From a virus (lineage: Duplodnaviria; Caudoviricetes): 27,777 nucleotides of DNA. The notes under the pieces are model-generated. The model saw only the letters and a list, made by a program, of their open reading frames with translations, had not been told where the DNA came from and did no database searches. Below are positions 9,131 through 17,148 of this stretch, one piece after another. Every line of letters starts with the position of its first letter. The stretch's first letter is position 1. The translations under genes were made by a program, and so were the position numbers. The stretch spans positions 1 through 27,777 of IMG/VR virus record IMGVR_UViG_3300030095_006199. The stretch is one strand, 5' to 3'.

Positions 9131-10163
9131 TTCTACTTCCCTCTAATAAATCAAAAACTCTTTTATATCGTTTTTGTTGGTTGTAGAAGTATTGTGCACC
9201 TTTTTCTCTCATATCTTTCATACTGCCTGGGTTTGCACCAGCTATGATTCCTGCGCCTAATACTCCATCTGCTCTTGTTACAAATTCTCCATCTGCTAGT
9301 TGAGCTAACATTGTATCTTCGTCTTTGTCTCCTGTGCCAGACCCGTCTTCAACATAACCCGATGCTCTTACATAATTATGTGCATCGTCTTCGTCATGAG
9401 ATCTTTTACTTGGAAGATAGTTTACACCACCTTCATTAAATCTTTTAACCTCTGCTAAGCCACCATCTTTTAATCTAGTCTTCTCAATTGCATAAGGTCC
9501 TTGTCTAAAGTCTCCTTGATTTGCAGGATCAGCCTCAGGTATATACGGTTGATCAAAAACTTTTTCATCTCCTGTTACAGGATCGATATATTTAAAACCA
9601 CCTCTTTGTTTTTGTAATTCTGCTACAGCTAAATTATAAGTTGGCGTGTAGATATCTTGTGGTTGAGGATCAAAAGCACCAGACAAGTATGATCCAATAC
9701 CAATAGCTGATGCAACTTTACCAGGACTAAACTCCATCTCTCCAGTAGCAACACCATCTTCAAATCTTTTTCTTCTTAATAATTTATTGAAAATATCTGT
9801 GAGACCACCTCCTGTATTAGGATCAGTATTTTGTGGTACATAAAAAGAATTATTTAAAGCAGCTAACTCTTTTGTTTGTGCTGCTGTATTTGGTGAAGAT
9901 CCTAAAAAAGGTAAAGAGGAACTTATATTTTGTACGGCATCTAATTGAGTGAAAGGTGTGAATGCAGATTGGGCTGCAGGAAAACCAGGTGCATTTAATG
10001 CAGAACCTCCTGCTAGAACACCCTTACCACCATAATATCCAGCTGCAGCTCCTGTAGCTCCTGCCAATAATCTTTGAATTCCTGAACCACCAGCATCTTT
10101 AGATCCTTTATAACCTTTGTATCCTCCGTAGGCTGCCAGTGCATAGGGTAAAAATTGTAACAT
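9108..10163 (-). CDS. Internal virion protein
   Basis: Gly/Ala-rich N-terminus; C-terminal G-x-G-x-G-D..D.MLAQLADGEFVTRADGV motif, which I recall from phage virion proteins. Confidence 0.65.
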   Translation of the reverse strand: MLQFLPYALAAYGGYKGYKGSKDAGGSGIQRLLAGATGAAAGYYGGKGVLAGGSALNAPGFPAAQSAFTPFTQLDAVQNISSSLPFLGSSPNTAAQTKELAALNNSFYVPQNTDPNTGGGLTDIFNKLLRRKRFEDGVATGEMEFSPGKVASAIGIGSYLSGAFDPQPQDIYTPTYNLAVAELQKQRGGFKYIDPVTGDEKVFDQPYIPEADPANQGDFRQGPYAIEKTRLKDGGLAEVKRFNEGGVNYLPSKRSHDEDDAHNYVRASGYVEDGSGTGDKDEDTMLAQLADGEFVTRADGVLGAGIIAGANPGSMKDMREKGAQYFYNQQKRYKRVFDLLEGSRNAQAKAN

Positions 10164-10198
10164 ATAATATGTGTTCCTTAAAATTAGCTAATTAGGAA

Positions 10199-10227
10199 AT
10201 ATTACCATTTTACTTAGTCTTTATCAA
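10199..10227 (-). promoter_or_regulatory. Sigma70-like promoter for ejection-protein block
   Basis: TTGATA(10227-10222)-17 nt-TAATAT(10204-10199) with extended -10 TG. Confidence 0.55.
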
Positions 10228-11043
10228 CTCATCAGCAAAACAAGCCCTATACTGATGTTCTCCGACATGAGTTATTCTTTCAGTAACAAGAGCATGGCAT
10301 TTACCGCCAATTTTTTTCCATCTCTTACAAAAAGCAAAATCCTCTCCAAGATACGTTTTGGTTTCAGGCTCATGTTCTGTATCAAAGAAATTGTAATAAT
10401 GAGGCATCTTCATAAGCTCTCCGTTTATTATGCTTTTTTGTTCTACTTTTTTTTCAGGATATGCTTGTATCATTTTATTGAACACACTTCTTTTAATTAA
10501 CATACATCCTGTTGGGGCATGTGTTACTTCTATAACACCATCCTTAACTGTTATGTCTTTACTATCAGGAACTTTCATAGGATATGTGTAAAGACCTTTA
10601 TATTGTAATTCAGCAGCTGTTTTAATTTCTCCTCGTTGTATTCTTTCCATACATTTTTCCCATTGTAACGTTTTCAAAGGGTATGGTATTGCAATAACAT
10701 CTTTATCTGCTTTTATCATTTTCATTATAGATTCAGGGTCAAACTCAATATCAGAATCTACAAATAATAAATGTGTATAATTAAGATCTAAAAAACTAGA
10801 CACACATAAGTTTCTTCCTTGAGTTACTAAAGATGATTTCATTACTTGAATACTAATATCAATATTTTTTGCTATACAGTATTTTTGAAAGTGCAGACAA
10901 GCTTGAAAGTAATGTATTGATACTTCTCCGTAAACAGGAGTAGCTAAAAAAATAGATAACTTTTTATCTTTAGGTTTAGTCTTGTAATGTTCTTTTTTAT
11001 CTTGGGGTTGATCAAACCACAGAGGTTTACTTGGGTCTTGCAT
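10210..11043 (-). CDS. Glycosyltransferase, GT-A fold
   Basis: IFLATP, GRNLCV, THLLFVDSDI (DxD), TGCMLIKRSVF, GEDFAFC, HVG. ATG 11043 follows AAGGAG and is preferred to 11070. Confidence 0.8.
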   Translation of the reverse strand: MQDPSKPLWFDQPQDKKEHYKTKPKDKKLSIFLATPVYGEVSIHYFQACLHFQKYCIAKNIDISIQVMKSSLVTQGRNLCVSSFLDLNYTHLLFVDSDIEFDPESIMKMIKADKDVIAIPYPLKTLQWEKCMERIQRGEIKTAAELQYKGLYTYPMKVPDSKDITVKDGVIEVTHAPTGCMLIKRSVFNKMIQAYPEKKVEQKSIINGELMKMPHYYNFFDTEHEPETKTYLGEDFAFCKRWKKIGGKCHALVTERITHVGEHQYRACFADELIKTK

Positions 11044-11962
11044 TAAATAAAGCTCCTTGTAAAAAACCATTCCAATGACTTGCTATAGTTTTCCAATTGT
11101 AAAAATGATTATAGAAGTTTTGTTGAAACTTTAAATGATTGTGGCAACCCTTTTCATTTAACTGGCTAGGTATTCCCTCAATAATTGCAGCAAATTGATG
11201 AGCCAAATTTTTAAAGTCTTCGTCCATAGGCACATATATAGGAAACTCTGAACAAGTTTCATATAGTGCTCCGTTGTCCGTTGTTGCTACATACAGACCA
11301 CAAGCTAAAGCTTCGAGAGCAGATATACAAAATGTTTCCTCCCATATGTTTGGATAAACAAAAGCATCGTAAGTATGTAAGTTTTCTAAAATATAATCAT
11401 GAGACTTATATCCAATGTAATTTACATTAGGTAGTTTTTCTGCTTGATCATACAAGGCTTCATATCCTTTATCATTTTCTTTTTTAAAGTCATCACCGTA
11501 TATTTGTGTACTACTATACACATCTAAAGTTATATTAGGATTCTTAATTAACTGCATTGCACCAAGCAAAATAGATAATCCTCTCCAAGGAGTAGGATGA
11601 TAAATTAATTTAATCTTTTGTCTTAAAGGTTCGGGATCTCTTTTTTTAAATTCAGGTATCCCATTCTTAATGACAGTGCATTTTTGATGGGGTATAGAAA
11701 AAGTCTTCCTGAACTGTTCATAGTTCCAATGACTATTAAAAACATAATAGTCATATTGTTTTATTTGCTCAGGGTCTTTAAAAAACTCTTGAAAGTGAGG
11801 CTGATCAGGGGCCATTTTTTGCCAAAGAATATTTATTTTATTTTTAGCTAAAGGCACTTTGCCTGGTACTGATGTACAAATTTGAAATTGATCTAATAAT
11901 TCTTTAGAAACATATTTTTCTAAAAAACCGTATTGTATTTCTGTTCCACCTAATGGTTTCAT
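11027..11962 (-). CDS. Glycosyltransferase, GT-B fold (GT4-like)
   Basis: GGTE N-terminal motif, PWRGL, ETFCISALE (E-x7-E) followed by ALACG. Confidence 0.88.
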   Translation of the reverse strand: MKPLGGTEIQYGFLEKYVSKELLDQFQICTSVPGKVPLAKNKINILWQKMAPDQPHFQEFFKDPEQIKQYDYYVFNSHWNYEQFRKTFSIPHQKCTVIKNGIPEFKKRDPEPLRQKIKLIYHPTPWRGLSILLGAMQLIKNPNITLDVYSSTQIYGDDFKKENDKGYEALYDQAEKLPNVNYIGYKSHDYILENLHTYDAFVYPNIWEETFCISALEALACGLYVATTDNGALYETCSEFPIYVPMDEDFKNLAHQFAAIIEGIPSQLNEKGCHNHLKFQQNFYNHFYNWKTIASHWNGFLQGALFNARPK

Positions 11963-12135
11963 TTTTTTGTTTTTGTAAACATAGGAAGATCAGGAACTAA
12001 AACTTTAACATCTGTTGCTAAATCTTCTTTTGTATGTTCTTTAAGAAAATCTTGTTCTGTCTCATAAGTTTTGCCTGTTTTAATACTTCGGTAGATTGTT
12101 TTGGTTTCGCATTTAATTTTTTGATAAACGGTCAT
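11959..12135 (-). CDS. Hypothetical protein, 58 aa (not in ORF track)
   Basis: MTVYQKIKCETKTIYRSIKTGKTYETEQDFLKEHTKEDLATDVKVLVPDLPMFTKTKK; ATGA overlap with GT4 gene. Confidence 0.75.
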   Translation of the reverse strand: MTVYQKIKCETKTIYRSIKTGKTYETEQDFLKEHTKEDLATDVKVLVPDLPMFTKTKK

Positions 12136-12143
12136 TTAATTTT

Positions 12144-12171
12144 ATTATACTAAACTAACGCCCTTGTCCAA
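12144..12171 (-). promoter_or_regulatory. Sigma70-like promoter for glycosyltransferase cassette
   Basis: TTGGAC-16 nt-TATAAT; 8 nt to ATG; no Shine-Dalgarno. Confidence 0.5.
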
Positions 12172-12289
12172 TATATTTCTTACGCCTTGGAATCCTTTTA
12201 CTATAACTTTTTGCATGTTTTCCAGGACGTTTTTTGGGAGTTCGTTTGTGATAATTACTTACTCCGTAAAGTGGTTTTTTCTTACCCAT
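12155..12289 (-). CDS. Small highly basic protein, 44 aa (not in ORF track)
   Basis: MGKKKPLYGVSNYHKRTPKKRPGKHAKSYSKRIPRRKKYIGQGR; fills the gap and overlaps upstream stop. Confidence 0.75.
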   Translation of the reverse strand: MGKKKPLYGVSNYHKRTPKKRPGKHAKSYSKRIPRRKKYIGQGR

Positions 12290-12632
12290 TTTCTTGAGAT
12301 CTGTCTAATAGAGCATAACTTATAGCACCTTGAATTTTGTTACTACCTGTGGCTGCTGTTACCGTTACTGAATCACCTGCTTCTAAATTTAAACTTTGTG
12401 GTGTTGCATTAACTTGTGTTTTGGCTGCAACATCATCTCTAAAAAATTCATATTCAGCACTAGAGTCAGAAGAATCTACTAAGTTCATATTAACTAAAAT
12501 AGCAGATGAAGCATCATTGTTAGCAACATAAATACTTTTAATTATAATTGTTGCATTGGTTGGACATGTTAGAACTGTAGTCTTCCCTGTGCTTGCTTGT
12601 TTGTAGCCTTGATTTTTATATTGTATTGTCAT
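12282..12632 (-). CDS. Small beta-rich virion protein
   Basis: 116 aa Thr/Ser/Ala-rich with LNLEAGDSV motif; downstream of nozzle gene. Confidence 0.65.
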   Translation of the reverse strand: MTIQYKNQGYKQASTGKTTVLTCPTNATIIIKSIYVANNDASSAILVNMNLVDSSDSSAEYEFFRDDVAAKTQVNATPQSLNLEAGDSVTVTAATGSNKIQGAISYALLDRSQENG

Positions 12633-12793
12633 GATAAAAAATAGTTAAATGCATCTGCTTCATTTTTTATATCATTCTCATATGAAAAGTTCAACTGAGT
12701 CTGAAGAGTTCTCAATGCTTGTAAAATTTGTCTTTGATCTTCCTGTGTATATTTATCTTTAGGCTCAGGTATTTGTATAATAATTTTTGCCAT
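12629..12793 (-). CDS. Hypothetical virion-associated protein, 54 aa (not in ORF track)
   Basis: MAKIIIQIPEPKDKYTQEDQRQILQALRTLQTQLNFSYENDIKNEADAFNYFLS; TAATG overlap upstream, ATGA overlap downstream. Confidence 0.8.
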   Translation of the reverse strand: MAKIIIQIPEPKDKYTQEDQRQILQALRTLQTQLNFSYENDIKNEADAFNYFLS

Positions 12794-14970
12794 TATCTTC
12801 TACCATCTACTCTGACATCAAATCTAAATGATCCATATCTCCAATTCTCATTTAAGTTTTCACTTTCAATTTGCACTGCAGCAAGTCTCGCTCTAGCTCT
12901 AGTATCTACTTTAGTTGTAGATGAACTAACAGTAAAAGGTCCTAATGGACTAGAGGCAGCTGTAGAACCCTGCGGAAACTCGTTTAAAAATATTGTAATT
13001 TTTGCATTACCACTAATTCTTTTAAAGTCAGGTAAAAATCTTTTTATGCTCATTATAAATTCTCCATCTCCTGGTACTCCAGCATTACCATTTAAATCAA
13101 ACTCGCCTGATTTAATAAAACAAGTTATAGCTGTTTCTGTGCCATCTCCGTTGGATTGATTGGTACCTACTTCATGTGCATAGTATATAGAAGCGCCATT
13201 AGATACACCATTTACAACTGGAAATGTAGGAGCGTCTGAAGCGTTATAATCGGTTGCATAAGGTTTTTCATAAACAGTAGACCCAATCCATGTAGTTCTA
13301 TCTAATGTTCCTGTTGTCCAAACATTTTCAGCAAAATTATAAGTTACTACTCTATCCACAACGGATGATGAACTTGTTGGATAAAACCAATTTATTTCCG
13401 AATACAATTCATTTATTCCACCAAAGACTAACTGTCCTGAATTATAATTTAAACCAGGATTGTTGCCGTCAGTGGTAAAAACAAAATCTTCTACTAGACA
13501 AGGTAATGATTTTACAGTTCCGTCATAAGCATAGAACCCACCTGTTTTACCCATCCAAAATACAGAACCGTTTGCAAATACTCCTGCATGTTGTCCAAGT
13601 AAACCATTATTAGATCCCACCTTTCTAATTGAAAAAGTAAAAGGCGGACCTACAAATTGCATTTCATAAGCAGCTGTATCAGTTAAAACTAAAATATAAT
13701 CTTTACCTTTAAAAGCTCCTACTATTCTTGTTCCATCATCTAATCTAAACGTTCCTGCGGTGTTCGTTGAAGTAGGTGCATAAACACTTGTGCTTTCTTG
13801 ATCGGAAAATCTAATAAACATTTTATCCTGTGTGCTTGGTGATCCAATCGTTGTCTCTGTACCAAGATGAAATAAATGTCTATCTCTATCAGACACAAGT
13901 GTCATAACAGATTTTGTTGGCATTCCAGATCCAATAGTTGCTCTTGTTTGTAAAGAATTAGTTGGTGCAGGATCCCAAGTAAAAGTTCTTCCATTAGAAA
14001 TTGTTGCTATTAAAATATTTCCAAAGTTATCTAAAGACCAATTTGCTGGTTCAATACTTACTGAGCTTGAAGAAGAAGCATCGCCCCAACCTATATAATC
14101 ACTAATGTTAGTAACTGTTGATCCATCTGAATGTCCAGCAGGTGTTGTTCCGTTTGCTCCTCTTCCTAAAGTTTGAAGAGTATTACTTGATTTTGATGCA
14201 TAAGTGATGTCCTCAGAACCAATTCTGATTGTGCCTGAATCTGGAAAGCTAGTAGCATCTGTTAAAATGACTTGTGCTGTTGTTCCAGAAGCTAGCGTTC
14301 CTCCATTATTCATAGTAGTTGTAACGGTTGCAACTGTTCGACCACCCCAAAGATAAGTGCCCCACCCATATCCATAAGTTTGATTTAACGGTCCAACAGG
14401 TTCATAAGGATTTACATCTAGTGTTCCGTTGTTCGTTGTTCCAGAACCTGTCTCTGCTGAAGGCATCGTAATAGTAAAAGTTTTTGTAGTAGGTACGGTT
14501 TGAACTTCAAATAATTGATCATCAAAACTTGTGGCTGTGTAACCTGTTTGAGCTGCATTGAACGATCCTGCATTTGCAAAAGTAGTTATTTCTCCAACTT
14601 CTAAATTGTGTGCGCCCGTTGTTGTAATGGTTACTGTAGTCGATGAACTTGTTGTTGTAATGTTTGCACCCGTTTGAAAATTATCTGTCTCGAGTGGAGT
14701 AATGTCATAAAAAGCACCTTCATAGTAAATTATTAAAACTTTGTCTGTTCCTATAGCTGCATACCTTTTACCTGTAGTATCTGCCCAAACATGTTGTCCT
14801 CTTGCGGCTCCCACTATTTTTTTATCTACTAAGGCTTCCCAACCACCAATTTTTTCAGGCTCTCCGTAACGAAATCTTACATTTTCTCCATCAACCCAAC
14901 GCCCTTCTGCATCAGCTGGCGTAGCTTGTTTATCGAACCCTGGTGCTATAGTTACTTTTGATAACGGCAT
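12793..14970 (-). CDS. Tail nozzle / head-closure (tail tubular B / P22 gp10-like) protein
   Basis: 725 aa, beta-rich; N-terminal WVDGENVRFRYGEPEKIGGW, IRFSDQE, C-terminal DGRR; position between tail and ejection genes. Confidence 0.75.
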   Translation of the reverse strand: MPLSKVTIAPGFDKQATPADAEGRWVDGENVRFRYGEPEKIGGWEALVDKKIVGAARGQHVWADTTGKRYAAIGTDKVLIIYYEGAFYDITPLETDNFQTGANITTTSSSTTVTITTTGAHNLEVGEITTFANAGSFNAAQTGYTATSFDDQLFEVQTVPTTKTFTITMPSAETGSGTTNNGTLDVNPYEPVGPLNQTYGYGWGTYLWGGRTVATVTTTMNNGGTLASGTTAQVILTDATSFPDSGTIRIGSEDITYASKSSNTLQTLGRGANGTTPAGHSDGSTVTNISDYIGWGDASSSSSVSIEPANWSLDNFGNILIATISNGRTFTWDPAPTNSLQTRATIGSGMPTKSVMTLVSDRDRHLFHLGTETTIGSPSTQDKMFIRFSDQESTSVYAPTSTNTAGTFRLDDGTRIVGAFKGKDYILVLTDTAAYEMQFVGPPFTFSIRKVGSNNGLLGQHAGVFANGSVFWMGKTGGFYAYDGTVKSLPCLVEDFVFTTDGNNPGLNYNSGQLVFGGINELYSEINWFYPTSSSSVVDRVVTYNFAENVWTTGTLDRTTWIGSTVYEKPYATDYNASDAPTFPVVNGVSNGASIYYAHEVGTNQSNGDGTETAITCFIKSGEFDLNGNAGVPGDGEFIMSIKRFLPDFKRISGNAKITIFLNEFPQGSTAASSPLGPFTVSSSTTKVDTRARARLAAVQIESENLNENWRYGSFRFDVRVDGRR

Positions 14971-14976
14971 AATAGG

Positions 14977-15005
14977 AGTATATCATCTCTTTTTAGTTTT
15001 TTAAA
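14977..15005 (-). promoter_or_regulatory. Extended -10 promoter, probably leaderless transcript
   Basis: TTTAAA-17 nt-TATACT with TG; 6 nt to ATG at 14970; no Shine-Dalgarno. Confidence 0.5.
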
Positions 15006-15522
15006 TGTCTCTAATTACCTTGTTTTCTAGGTTAAAGGCTATTGCATATTTAGGATCTTTGAATTTACTAGGAGGTGATAAATGGTTTAAAATTGCATTA
15101 AATATTACAAGTGTGCAAGCGTTTGGTTCGACAGCAATATTGAGTTCTGGAAAAATTAATTCTGGAGAATTATCATTTAAATATAAAACACCTGATACAT
15201 GAGCTGTTTGATGATCGTGTTCTATAGTGCTATCAGAAAATTTTTTTCTTATTCCCCAACTGTCCTTTACACACATATGTTCGAACTGGCGATGTTTGGA
15301 TAATATTACAAGACTATCTTGTAGAACTGTATGAAGTTTTTTATCATCATTAAAAGCTTTCCAGTCTGTCATATCGCCTTTTACATTAGTTAGATGGGCT
15401 AAATTCTTTTCTTTAATTTTTTCATCAATTAAATTTATAAAATAATTAACATCAGTTTCTACTTTAATTTCAAATAAAAATATGTCTTTTTTTACTTGTT
15501 TTTCTATATGTTTTAAAATCAT
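15001..15522 (-). CDS. Putative 2OG-Fe(II) oxygenase (HxH type)
   Basis: EHDH, VSGVLYL, LVIFNAILNH, YAIAFN. Confidence 0.75.
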   Translation of the reverse strand: MILKHIEKQVKKDIFLFEIKVETDVNYFINLIDEKIKEKNLAHLTNVKGDMTDWKAFNDDKKLHTVLQDSLVILSKHRQFEHMCVKDSWGIRKKFSDSTIEHDHQTAHVSGVLYLNDNSPELIFPELNIAVEPNACTLVIFNAILNHLSPPSKFKDPKYAIAFNLENKVIRDI

Positions 15523-16058
15523 TTAGTAGTTCCCCACAGGTGTCTTCCGTCCATAAAAAGATTTTTGTTGGGACCATCTGCGTTAACATAATGTAAAAAA
15601 GCTTGTGCATACCAATCTCCTTTATAATTATCTCTTCTATGTTCTATGTCACATCCTTTGTAAACAACTGCATCTCCTGGTTTTAAATCTAAAGCTTTAT
15701 CTCCCATATATATAGGCCATTCATGAGTATTGTCTGAACCAAAATGTACAGTCAAAGATATCTCACAACTTGGTCTATCTTGATGAACTTTTAAATCATT
15801 ATCCCACATATACATTCTCCAGTACGCATAGGTAGGTAACAGTTTCAAATTAACAATATTTTGTAATTTTACTTTTTTATTTAACATTAAAGCTTCCATC
15901 GCAGGATCTCCATAAGTAGAAGTTGCAAAAGGAACTTGCGAATCATTGGGTCTAGGTGTTCCAATACGATGTTGGATTATGCAATATCTTTTATAAATAT
16001 CTGTTTCGTCTTTTGTTAAAAAGTCTTTTAATAGTTTATATTTTTCTACCATAACCAT
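15519..16058 (-). CDS. Putative 2OG-Fe(II) oxygenase
   Basis: HQDRPSCEIS (HxD), PGDAVVYKGCDIEHRR (distal His), QAFLHYV. Confidence 0.8.
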   Translation of the reverse strand: MVMVEKYKLLKDFLTKDETDIYKRYCIIQHRIGTPRPNDSQVPFATSTYGDPAMEALMLNKKVKLQNIVNLKLLPTYAYWRMYMWDNDLKVHQDRPSCEISLTVHFGSDNTHEWPIYMGDKALDLKPGDAVVYKGCDIEHRRDNYKGDWYAQAFLHYVNADGPNKNLFMDGRHLWGTTK

Positions 16059-16615
16059 CCTACTATCGAATATCTTTTTCCTTTAGTTATAGGTTCCACT
16101 TGATGTGGGTACATAAAATTACTTGGCCATATAATCATTTTACCTACTCCTGGTTTTATAGTTATTTGATCTTCTTTTTCTTGCGTTGGAGAGAAAAGCA
16201 AATTTCCGCCTTCATAATCGTTATTAAGAGTGATAATTACACTTAAAGATCTATTTAATGTAGTTCCTGCATCAACATGCCATTTGTAATGACCGCCTAC
16301 ACCATATTTTAAAACACTTAAATCTAAATTTGCAACTTGAACAAAAGGATGTTTTCCTGAATATTGCCTTATACCAGCAAGGACTGTATCTGTTACTATA
16401 TTATTAATGTAAACACTTGTTAATTCTGATCTGTTTTTACTTAAAGGATAGTCTTTAACATCTCTTATTTTTTTATCAACTTCATTACCTTTATTTGAAA
16501 CAATGCTTGCGTCACGGAAATTTTCTTGTGTGTTAAAATACCTTACCATGTAAGATATAAATGTTGGATCAAAAACATGATCAGAAATTTGGATAAAGTC
16601 TTTTACATTAGACAT
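16046..16615 (-). CDS. 2OG-Fe(II) oxygenase, prolyl-4-hydroxylase/PKHD-like
   Basis: YKWHVD, LNNDYEGG, WPSNFMYPHQVEPITKGKRYSIVGW (HxD...H...RxS). Confidence 0.88.
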   Translation of the reverse strand: MSNVKDFIQISDHVFDPTFISYMVRYFNTQENFRDASIVSNKGNEVDKKIRDVKDYPLSKNRSELTSVYINNIVTDTVLAGIRQYSGKHPFVQVANLDLSVLKYGVGGHYKWHVDAGTTLNRSLSVIITLNNDYEGGNLLFSPTQEKEDQITIKPGVGKMIIWPSNFMYPHQVEPITKGKRYSIVGWLW

Positions 16616-16621
16616 GAAAAT

Positions 16622-16650
16622 TTTATAAATGTTTTTTGTAAAAATGTAAA
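16622..16650 (-). promoter_or_regulatory. Sigma70-like promoter for oxygenase trio
   Basis: TTTACA-17 nt-TATAAA; 6 nt to ATG 16615; no Shine-Dalgarno. AT-rich context weakens the call. Confidence 0.45.
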
Positions 16651-16654
16651 GATC

Positions 16655-17140
16655 TTAGAAGCTCTGATAAGTAAGATTTAAAAAATCTTTACCTTGATCA
16701 TGTAATAACTCGTACAAACCTTTTGGACTTGGATAACTAAAAGTTGATGCATCTAAACCTTCTAAAGTTGTTATGTAGGCTTGGTGTCTTGGAATCCAGT
16801 GTTCTCTGTGTGATTTTCCTGAGGCTTGTTCAATAAATTCTTTACAAATTTGAAGATCATCATTTATCCAGTTTTGAATATTAGTTTGTGACCAAAATTC
16901 ATCTACTCTTGCACCATCGTCTCCGCCAATTTTTTTATGGTCTTGGTCCATAAAAGTTACTGAGTCTGCTGTATTTGACGCAACTAATCTCGTATTGTTC
17001 ATTAAACCAGTAAAATCTTCATCTGAGATTGTTACCTTGTTAAAAACGGATGGGTCTAAACCAAATGTATCATAATCAGCTTGGTTTAATGCTGCCTTAT
17101 CTATATTATTACTACGAGTATCAATTGAAATAAATGCCAT
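16655..17140 (-). CDS. Hypothetical acidic protein, possible tail fibre chaperone
   Basis: 161 aa with AGGA RBS, directly downstream of tail fibre. Function is positional inference. Confidence 0.55.
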   Translation of the reverse strand: MAFISIDTRSNNIDKAALNQADYDTFGLDPSVFNKVTISDEDFTGLMNNTRLVASNTADSVTFMDQDHKKIGGDDGARVDEFWSQTNIQNWINDDLQICKEFIEQASGKSHREHWIPRHQAYITTLEGLDASTFSYPSPKGLYELLHDQGKDFLNLTYQSF

Positions 17141-17148
17141 AATATATC

